A stretch of 31,923 nucleotides of DNA from the IMG/VR virus record IMGVR_UViG_3300027367_000006, positions 1-31,923 of that record. One strand, 5' to 3'. This document shows positions 25,227-31,923 of the stretch, in pieces (the first letter of the stretch is position 1; each line of letters opens with the position of its first letter). The position numbers were made by a program, and so were the translations under genes. The notes beneath the pieces are model-generated. The model was not told where the DNA came from. It made no database searches and worked only from the letters and a program-made list of their open reading frames with translations. The DNA comes from a virus. Its lineage: Duplodnaviria > Caudoviricetes.

Positions 25227-25957
25227 TAAGTTCTCCCGTAAACTGGTCTTTTGTTTGCCTTCTTAGTATTGTGCATGTCATTCTGCACATAGGCTTTCAA
25301 ACGTCTAGCTGACTGCTCAACCTTAGGGTCTGAACCACTCTTGAATAAAGAGAAGCAGGTAGACTTAGCCTCAGCTAAAAGGTAAGGTAGCATGTTGTCA
25401 TCTAGGTCAGGCTCAAAGGAGTCAGTAATAGAGAACGTAGGATAAACAGAACCATATGCTCTTGTCTTGTCAGCTGCTAGTACAGAATCAATTGTACTGT
25501 CATATGAGTTCATTACAATGTGTTCATCATCGAAGGATGTGTAGTATGTTGGTTGTATGTCATTAAGAACGAACAGGTCTGTGTTACCCTGTTTGTCAGC
25601 AATCTTAAGTGAGTTAGGTGAGTGTTCGTCCATCTTAAGGATAAACTCTAATGGCTCAATATAGTAGATTGCCTTGTAGCTAGAACCTGCAGCTGATGTA
25701 TTGTAGTGTATACTCTCGATCTGCTTAACGTTAGCTGGGTATTTAAAATGGGTGGGTCTTGTACTGTCTGACAAAGAGGTAAGCTTTAGGAGTTGCCTAT
25801 GCTCAGGTATGTCACGAGCTGATACAATGTTATAGTATGCGTCTTCAATTACCGAAGCTACTTGTTGAGCTTCTATTGTGTCACTTATTGCGTTAACATC
25901 CTCTGAGTCCATATCACTCAGAATGCTTTGAACCATTTCTAGGAGTGTACGTTTCAT
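25226..25957 (-). CDS. Tail tubular protein A / adaptor (T7 gp11-like)
   Basis: TLLEMVQSILSDMDSEDVNAISDTIEAQQVA N-terminus typical of gp11-like adaptors; synteny. Confidence 0.8.
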   Translation of the reverse strand: MKRTLLEMVQSILSDMDSEDVNAISDTIEAQQVASVIEDAYYNIVSARDIPEHRQLLKLTSLSDSTRPTHFKYPANVKQIESIHYNTSAAGSSYKAIYYIEPLEFILKMDEHSPNSLKIADKQGNTDLFVLNDIQPTYYTSFDDEHIVMNSYDSTIDSVLAADKTRAYGSVYPTFSITDSFEPDLDDNMLPYLLAEAKSTCFSLFKSGSDPKVEQSARRLKAYVQNDMHNTKKANKRPVYGRT

Positions 25958-26427
25958 TATGATCTATCCAATACAATTGTAAATCTTAGTTTAGCTTGGT
26001 TAGTGGATGCACCGTTACTAGATACTGTAATAAAACTATCTGCTGTAACTGTGTTATTTGTTGAAGGAGATAAGGTGTCAACATCACCAGCAGCTGAACC
26101 TGATGCTGTAATTGTAAGTGTACCCATAGAAGCAGCTGAAGAGTTCTTTACATCTACTGTGGCATCAGCTGAACTGATTGCACCTTCAAGAACTGTTATT
26201 ACTTTAGATATTGTACCTGCGTAGGGTACTGGGATATGTACAGTCTCAACCGATGAGATATCCTCTAGGTATCCGTTAAGAGTTTCACCTACTAAGGTTT
26301 CTTTAGCTGTCCAAGCACCTGACCCTGAACCATTAGCTACATATACCCTACCAGCAGCTGCCGTTGCAGTACCTTTAGGTTCGTGAATGTAGGGGTCTGT
26401 AAGTGAACTGTGGTTTACGTTAGCCAT
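25957..26427 (-). CDS. Virion structural protein (possible head decoration/fibre)
   Basis: HEPKG...VYVANGSGSGAW fibre-like N-terminus, Ser/Thr/Ala-rich beta domain; GGAGAG RBS; follows capsid. Confidence 0.6.
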   Translation of the reverse strand: MANVNHSSLTDPYIHEPKGTATAAAGRVYVANGSGSGAWTAKETLVGETLNGYLEDISSVETVHIPVPYAGTISKVITVLEGAISSADATVDVKNSSAASMGTLTITASGSAAGDVDTLSPSTNNTVTADSFITVSSNGASTNQAKLRFTIVLDRS

Positions 26428-26477
26428 TGTTATCTCTCCGTAGGGGTATATACTACTGGCCCTGCCAAGGTAAATAT

Positions 26478-26506
26478 ATTATACCGTAGTTTTAAACTTC
26501 TGTCAA
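26478..26506 (-). promoter_or_regulatory. Perfect-consensus sigma70 promoter for the tail/internal/lysis operon
   Basis: TTGACA-17 nt-TATAAT on the - strand. Confidence 0.88.
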
Positions 26507-26508
26507 TA

Positions 26509-26545
26509 GAAAAGTAAGGTAGGGCTAACTAAAGCCCCACCCCTT
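26509..26545 (-). terminator. Rho-independent terminator after major capsid gene
   Basis: GGTGGGGCT-TTAGTT-AGCCCTACC then TTACTTTTCT on the - strand. Confidence 0.75.
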
Positions 26546-26553
26546 ATAGATAA

Positions 26554-27528
26554 TTATACGTCAGGGTTAGTTACTACTGTAACGATACCTTCTGGACGGT
26601 ACTTCTTAACACCGTAACGAGCTGTTGTAACATACTCATGACGTTGGAAGTCTTTGTTGTACTCATAGTCAACTTCTGGCATTTGTCTCCAAGCACCCAC
26701 GAATGGGTTAGATGTTGGATCAGCTGAGAAGAATAGGTTAGCAACACCATTGTTAGATGAGAAGTCATTAGCTGTTGAGCCATCTTTCTCTACTAATGCT
26801 GCGTCAGCTACTGTTGACTTCAAGTAGTTAGATGTGTATACATCAAACCCATATACGTTAGCTACGAAACGCATACCTGTTGCAACACCTGCACTTACAA
26901 TACCTTCAAACTTAGGGTTGTTTGATACGTTAGTAATGTTAGTTAATGTGTTTAACATGTATTCAGCTGATGGATCAACAATAGCAACCATACCACGATC
27001 TGCAACGTTTGACTTTTTCAAGGCATAACGAGCAAATGCGAAGTCAGCTAATTCTAAACGTCCAGCATTACCACCTGAGATACGGTGTGCAACACCATCA
27101 AGAGTTTCTGCTGAGTTAGCTGACACACCTACTTCTGGTGCTGAGAATGTTGTTGACTCGAAGTGTTCCATGATAGCACGTTCTTGCTCAGGAACAAATC
27201 TAGCTTCCAATTGTGCACTATAGAATGAATCTTGTGCAGCTTTCTTTGTCAAGTATGACGCAGACTGTAGGTATTGGTCTACAGTGAAAGCAAATTCAGC
27301 TGTGTCCATCGGTGTATATGCAACTTGTGTATCTTCTGTGTAGTTAGCAGTTACAGTTTTACCGATTGTTGGGATTGTAAATGAATCACCATCTGGGAAT
27401 CCATCTAGCATACGCACGTATTTTTGTGCTTGCATTTCATCCCGAAGGATGTCTTTTAGTTCAGAAGAATAAACCTCTGCCCTGATTAAACGCTGTGTAT
27501 CAGCATTTGAGGAAATCATACCAGCCAT
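26554..27528 (-). CDS. Major capsid protein (HK97 fold)
   Basis: 324 aa after scaffold; LIRAEVYS, GDSFTIPTIG, terminal YGVKKYRPE; AAGGA RBS; followed by a terminator. Confidence 0.9.
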   Translation of the reverse strand: MAGMISSNADTQRLIRAEVYSSELKDILRDEMQAQKYVRMLDGFPDGDSFTIPTIGKTVTANYTEDTQVAYTPMDTAEFAFTVDQYLQSASYLTKKAAQDSFYSAQLEARFVPEQERAIMEHFESTTFSAPEVGVSANSAETLDGVAHRISGGNAGRLELADFAFARYALKKSNVADRGMVAIVDPSAEYMLNTLTNITNVSNNPKFEGIVSAGVATGMRFVANVYGFDVYTSNYLKSTVADAALVEKDGSTANDFSSNNGVANLFFSADPTSNPFVGAWRQMPEVDYEYNKDFQRHEYVTTARYGVKKYRPEGIVTVVTNPDV

Positions 27529-27550
27529 TGTGCTAGTCCTTTCTTAGAGT

Positions 27551-28318
27551 TTAGTTACCGAAATTATCCCCTAAACGCATTCTATCTTGTAATAGTTGTT
27601 GCTGCATTTTAGGTTCATAGTACTGGTTAGGGTTCTCTCGACGTAGCTTCTGGTAGTATTGCCAATTTCTATCCGTCGAGACTTGCATGTTGACACCCTC
27701 AGTGCGTACTGAGCCATTAACCATAGGGTTAAATGTTGGCTTAGGTTCACCGATCAGAGTGAAGAAGGCGTTAGGAGATTCAGAAGCAATTTCACTTAAA
27801 CGATCCATTGACATTCCTAACTCTGCAGCTTTCTTCTTAACAACCTCTTCAGCATTAGTGCCAAAGCTTTTGTCAAGTTCCTCATCAACACGTTGTAGAT
27901 TTGTCTTAGTGACAGCATCTGCTTCACGTTGAGTAAGTGTCTGTTCAACAAGGCTCTTCAGGTCTTCCTCACTGATGTTACGAGTGGTGTTCTCTCCGTC
28001 AGTGTTACTGTTGTTATTGTTGGGCACTCCATTATTCACTGCAGTAGATTCAGTGGCCTTTTTCTGGAGCTGTTCAAGAACTTCTTCCTGATACTCTTTC
28101 TTCTTCAAGTCTTCACGCATTTGTGTCAACTGACCTTCTAGAGTTTGGATATAGCCATCGGCTTCAATTTTACCTTTAGCTAGAACCTCAGGGTCTTTCC
28201 AGTTCTCTCCCTTTGCCTCTACGAGCTTTGACAAAAAAGAACCCTGTGGTGAGGTTTCTTCTTGTGTTTGCTCTGGCTGAGTGGTCTGTGTGGTTTCAGT
28301 TCCCTCAGTAAATACCAT
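27551..28318 (-). CDS. Capsid scaffolding protein
   Basis: Acidic/Gln-rich, low-complexity and coiled-coil; between portal and capsid. Confidence 0.8.
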   Translation of the reverse strand: MVFTEGTETTQTTQPEQTQEETSPQGSFLSKLVEAKGENWKDPEVLAKGKIEADGYIQTLEGQLTQMREDLKKKEYQEEVLEQLQKKATESTAVNNGVPNNNNSNTDGENTTRNISEEDLKSLVEQTLTQREADAVTKTNLQRVDEELDKSFGTNAEEVVKKKAAELGMSMDRLSEIASESPNAFFTLIGEPKPTFNPMVNGSVRTEGVNMQVSTDRNWQYYQKLRRENPNQYYEPKMQQQLLQDRMRLGDNFGN

Positions 28319-28322
28319 AATA

Positions 28323-28565
28323 TTATTCCTTGTTTAAGTTAATAAGATCAAGCACAGTGGTTAGTGCTCGGTTGTATCCTATCCTGTCAGCTTGCTTATA
28401 AGCCCACGAGGGGCTGTCATAGTCTGCTGTAGGTAGGGTATCCTTTCGCATAGGCTCAAGAATCTCTTGTAGGCGTTCTAGGCTCTCACGGTTAGACATG
28501 ATGCTCTGACGAACTGCCAATTTCTCTTCTTTAGTTTTACATTTGTTAAACCAAGCTGACTTCAT
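28323..28565 (-). CDS. Hypothetical head-module protein, 80 aa
   Basis: Abuts the portal stop; DYDSPSWAYKQADRIGY motif. Confidence 0.75.
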   Translation of the reverse strand: MKSAWFNKCKTKEEKLAVRQSIMSNRESLERLQEILEPMRKDTLPTADYDSPSWAYKQADRIGYNRALTTVLDLINLNKE

Positions 28566-30311
28566 TTATAAGCCCTTCTCGATTGCAATCTCTTGTTCTT
28601 CTTCGAATTGAACCTGAGCTTCTGTAGCAATCTTCTGTGTTTCCATTTGTTCTATGACAGTTATATTCTCAGAGAACAGTGCTGGTTCACCTAGCTCATC
28701 AGCTAAGATACGAGCAAACTCTTTACCTGACATATGTGCAGCAATGGTTGGGTCTTGTAGTTTAAGTTGGTACAGCTGTGTGATTGACTGTACACGTTGA
28801 GCACGTTCAGCAAAGTGACGAGCACCCATAGGGATGATCTTACCGTTAGCTGCTATGTCCTCTTTTGTTATCTGCTCAAAGAAGAATATGCCAGTGTCTT
28901 CGTTAAGTACTCTGATCGTATCAGCATAGTCCATGTTACGTCTGGCAGCTTCTAGCATTGTATTTAAGATTGGCTCTAAGAACACACGTTCAAAGTGAGC
29001 TGTCTTGTGCTGGAAGATACGACCTGCAGCTGTCATTAAGGACTGTACCTCAAAGGCTGTCTTCTCACCTGCACTACGGATACCCATAGCTTCACGAGGT
29101 GCACCAGCTAACATCTCCATCTTGTTCTCTAAACCTTGAATCTGGAAGTCAGCATTAAGTGCAGTTGAGTCAGGCACTAGGTAACCAACATCACCCTCAT
29201 CACCTAAGTAGATACGAGCTGCTGGTTCAAAGTCGAAGTCCTCAACGTCACCCCGTATCTTAAGGATAGGGTATGCGATCTGGTCAAAGACATCAGCCTT
29301 TAAGTTCTCTAAGTGGTCAATACGGTACTGCATACCTACCAAGTTATCAAGAGGACCCATTGCATATAGGTTGTCAGGTCGTTCTCTCCAACCAGCATGG
29401 AAGACAGGTGACTTACCTAACCAGCTAGGGTTCTGTTCATTGGTGAGAATGTATGCACGGTCAACAACTGTAATGATACGGTTCTTGTGGAATGTATCAG
29501 TATCTTGGTCGTATATGTCACCGTAAAATGTTAGGACTTCAACATACTCAGACTCATAGTATTCCTGTAGGGATGAGAACCCATCTGCAATAAATGCTTG
29601 TGACTTAGCTACGTCAACATCGTTACCACTCGCAGCTGAACGGTTGACCAACATCTTATCGAAGATTTCTTCCATGTACTTGTTGTCAACTGTTTCAGCA
29701 ATCTTACGTTTGATCTCACCTGTTGTCATAATAGATCGGACAATCTTAGGAGAGTTATCGAAGTCAGGTGCTAATGGATTAAAACAAATATCGAAAGGTG
29801 ATATACGTACTAGCTTAGGGCCTATGTAGTTGACAACCCTTTCACCATCCTCATACGTTGTATAGTCTTTGACAAAATCAATAGTAGCAAAGCAATTACC
29901 ATACTGGATGTAATCGTTGAGTATCTTGCTTGTTGTATTCTCGAAGTTGGACTGACGAACCTTGTTATCCATATAGGCTTGGATGACATCTCGTTTAGCT
30001 TTAGTGTTAGACTCTTGGTCTTCAGCTTCGAATCTGAACCAACGTTTCTGTGGAAACAAAGCTGAGAAGTAGTTAGCATGTAAGTTGTCAGCTATCTGTG
30101 TCAGCTTAGGTGTTGTCGTACTGTTAGTCCAAGGTAACTTAGAGTTAGATGTTGTACGAGTATCTGTAGCATAGATATAGTTACGTAACTCTTTCCATTC
30201 CTCTAGCTTAGGTTTTCTAGAATTATTCCATGATGTCCAACGGTCTGCAATATCAACTGCTACACTGTGAGGATTAATAATATTTTCGATGTCAACTGTT
30301 GTGCCAGCCAT
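28566..30311 (-). CDS. Portal protein
   Basis: 581 aa after TerL; IQYGNCF, RISPFD, GEKTAFEV, FLEPIL podovirus portal features. Confidence 0.9.
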   Translation of the reverse strand: MAGTTVDIENIINPHSVAVDIADRWTSWNNSRKPKLEEWKELRNYIYATDTRTTSNSKLPWTNSTTTPKLTQIADNLHANYFSALFPQKRWFRFEAEDQESNTKAKRDVIQAYMDNKVRQSNFENTTSKILNDYIQYGNCFATIDFVKDYTTYEDGERVVNYIGPKLVRISPFDICFNPLAPDFDNSPKIVRSIMTTGEIKRKIAETVDNKYMEEIFDKMLVNRSAASGNDVDVAKSQAFIADGFSSLQEYYESEYVEVLTFYGDIYDQDTDTFHKNRIITVVDRAYILTNEQNPSWLGKSPVFHAGWRERPDNLYAMGPLDNLVGMQYRIDHLENLKADVFDQIAYPILKIRGDVEDFDFEPAARIYLGDEGDVGYLVPDSTALNADFQIQGLENKMEMLAGAPREAMGIRSAGEKTAFEVQSLMTAAGRIFQHKTAHFERVFLEPILNTMLEAARRNMDYADTIRVLNEDTGIFFFEQITKEDIAANGKIIPMGARHFAERAQRVQSITQLYQLKLQDPTIAAHMSGKEFARILADELGEPALFSENITVIEQMETQKIATEAQVQFEEEQEIAIEKGL

Positions 30312-31846
30312 TAGAAGGAAACTCCACCAAATCTTGAATTAAATTGTACAACGTTATCTCGTGTACGTCTTACACTACGTGAGGGCTTTATAGCCATGTC
30401 TACCACAGAGGCCAATGCGTCGATTACGTCATCGTGTGGTGGGTTGCGAGAGGATAACTCTTCCTCTAGTATTTGAGTATTACCACCTCTGTAGTGCCAC
30501 ATACTAAGGTTGTCGTACCTAGGCTCTAAAGCTGAAGCTATACGTTCTTGTTTATTACCTTGGTTCTTGTTAGGTCTGTACTCTTCTATACTTATAGATA
30601 GACCGTGTTGTTTAACTAATTCTTTTAGCTGCTTAACGATTGCAACCTGAGCTACTGTTGTCTCAGCTCTCATCTTACGGAATGACCACTTGGTTGACAA
30701 ATCAAATATGTGTTGGAAGTAATCAGATATACGGTCAGTCTTAAACCTGTCAATATCTAACACATACACATTATTCTCAGCATCTATTCCTATGACAACG
30801 ATAGCTGTGTAGTCAGCTTTCTTAGATAAACTAAATGCGAAGTCAACTGCTGCATATACATTAAGTTTATTGTCTCTGTAGAACCAGTACCCATTGTCTT
30901 GTCTTAGGTGTTTACGGTCATAATACTGAAACTTATCACGACCTACAGGTACATTATCAGGATCACTTGGGTCATTGTAGTACTGTGCTCTAAACTGTCC
31001 TTTGTCTAAGTACTGTCCTCTTTTCTTAGCTAGGACTCGTATGTCGAACCCGAACCACTTACCGTCTTTCCTTTGAGTACGAGGCCATAGCATCTGCCCT
31101 GTACCATCACCACTATCTTCAACTGGCCTCTCAAAGATTTCATAGATGTTGTCATCACCTGTCTTATTACCGTCATCATCATACAAGTCTTCTGTCATCT
31201 GTAGAAGATCGTTATATAAGTCAGCTGGGTGGTAACGAGTACCTACTACCCACTCCTTTGCGTCAGCACCCTCAATGGATGACAAAAGAGAGTATTGGCT
31301 CTTAACTTTATTTCTGCCTTCACCTGTGTACGCATTCTCGTATACGACTATATCATCGAGTACAGCAATGTCGCAGTGCATCCCTGTAAGAGAAGTAGTA
31401 AGGCCGCCAGTAAAAACAGATGGGTCACGAACATTTTCTTTCTTACGATCAGGATGGTCTAGCATAATCTCTGAGTTTGTCCATCGGGTACGTTTGCCTT
31501 CGTCAGCATTGACATGATCAGGCCAGTACCTTGTGTATATCTCAGAAGTTAAGATACCCTTTATGAATCCTAATTGTTTCTCAGCTAGGTTAGCTGTTGC
31601 TGATATATACAGGATTCTAAGAGTTGGTTCTTTTGTTAATTCCCATGCTACACGATAAGCTATAAGTCTTGACTTACCGTGATCACGAGGAAACAGCAAT
31701 AACTGATGTGACTTATGATCTGGTCTTGTCCACCAATCACAAACATCTTCGTGACATTGCCCTAGTACTTGTTCAGGTGCTATCAGTTTGATGAATGTTG
31801 CTAAGTCAGTCTCAGCTGCTTGTCTTATTTGGTCTATTGTTGCCAT
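30311..31846 (-). CDS. terL: Terminase large subunit
   Basis: Walker A PRDHGKS, Walker B IAVLDD, VGTRY, nuclease AAVDFA...ADYTA and HDDVIDA. Confidence 0.95.
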   Translation of the reverse strand: MATIDQIRQAAETDLATFIKLIAPEQVLGQCHEDVCDWWTRPDHKSHQLLLFPRDHGKSRLIAYRVAWELTKEPTLRILYISATANLAEKQLGFIKGILTSEIYTRYWPDHVNADEGKRTRWTNSEIMLDHPDRKKENVRDPSVFTGGLTTSLTGMHCDIAVLDDIVVYENAYTGEGRNKVKSQYSLLSSIEGADAKEWVVGTRYHPADLYNDLLQMTEDLYDDDGNKTGDDNIYEIFERPVEDSGDGTGQMLWPRTQRKDGKWFGFDIRVLAKKRGQYLDKGQFRAQYYNDPSDPDNVPVGRDKFQYYDRKHLRQDNGYWFYRDNKLNVYAAVDFAFSLSKKADYTAIVVIGIDAENNVYVLDIDRFKTDRISDYFQHIFDLSTKWSFRKMRAETTVAQVAIVKQLKELVKQHGLSISIEEYRPNKNQGNKQERIASALEPRYDNLSMWHYRGGNTQILEEELSSRNPPHDDVIDALASVVDMAIKPSRSVRRTRDNVVQFNSRFGGVSF

Positions 31847-31874
31847 TATACCCCAAGTTGATTACGGTTGTCAA
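31845..31874 (-). promoter_or_regulatory. Consensus sigma70 promoter whose -10 overlaps the terL start codon
   Basis: TTGACA-18 nt-TATAAT(G); the last two bases of TATAAT are the AT of the ATG. Confidence 0.7.
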
Positions 31875-31887
31875 CCTCAAAGTTTCT

Positions 31888-31923
31888 TTACTCAGCATCC
31901 GCAATAGTTAAAGTACCAGCTTC
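31888..31923 (-). CDS. 3' end of an upstream gene (...EAGTLTIADAE*), possibly tail-fibre-associated small protein
   Basis: Open frame from the window edge to TAA at 31890-31888; the terminus resembles small phage proteins recalled near tail-fibre genes. Confidence 0.45.
   Translation of the reverse strand, partial: EAGTLTIADAE

Noticed and set aside
26430-26600. T7 10A/10B-type capsid frameshift extension
   Set aside because: No clear slippery site near the capsid stop, and a terminator and separate promoter follow.
1-31923. CRISPR array, tRNA, integrase, alternative genetic code
   Set aside because: No spaced repeats, cloverleaf or recombinase motifs seen by eye; long genes read through in the standard code and TAA, TAG and TGA all act as stops.

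Overview
About 32 kb of a lytic podovirus genome with T7-like replication and virion genes and no phage RNA polymerase in the window. It has two convergent arms that meet at a bidirectional terminator (~11266-11305). The + arm (1-11264) carries AT-rich small early genes, primase-helicase, a family A DNA polymerase split over two overlapping ORFs, SSB, 5'-3' exonuclease, endonuclease I, a MazG-like protein, DUF1127, a class II (B12-dependent) ribonucleotide reductase and DUF3310. The - arm carries TerL, portal, scaffold, major capsid, tail adaptor/nozzle, a GNAT, three internal virion proteins, a six-gene membrane/secreted module and three very basic small proteins. This layout matches what I recall of SIO1-like/cobavirus (Zobellviridae) phages of marine Rhodobacteraceae; that assignment is recognition, not a search result. 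Most notable: (1) PolA has paired substitutions at the steric-gate Glu and O-helix Tyr and is broken at the thumb tip; (2) the envelope module contains a lipoprotein and a secreted protein that share a Cys-stapled motif; (3) a stand-alone NrdR-type zinc ribbon occurs in an RNR-encoding phage; (4) a peptidoglycan-binding domain is inserted inside a virion NlpC/P60-like domain; (5) near-consensus sigma70 promoters overlap gene starts, one with its -10 box on the terL ATG. No tRNA, rRNA, CRISPR array or integrase was seen.
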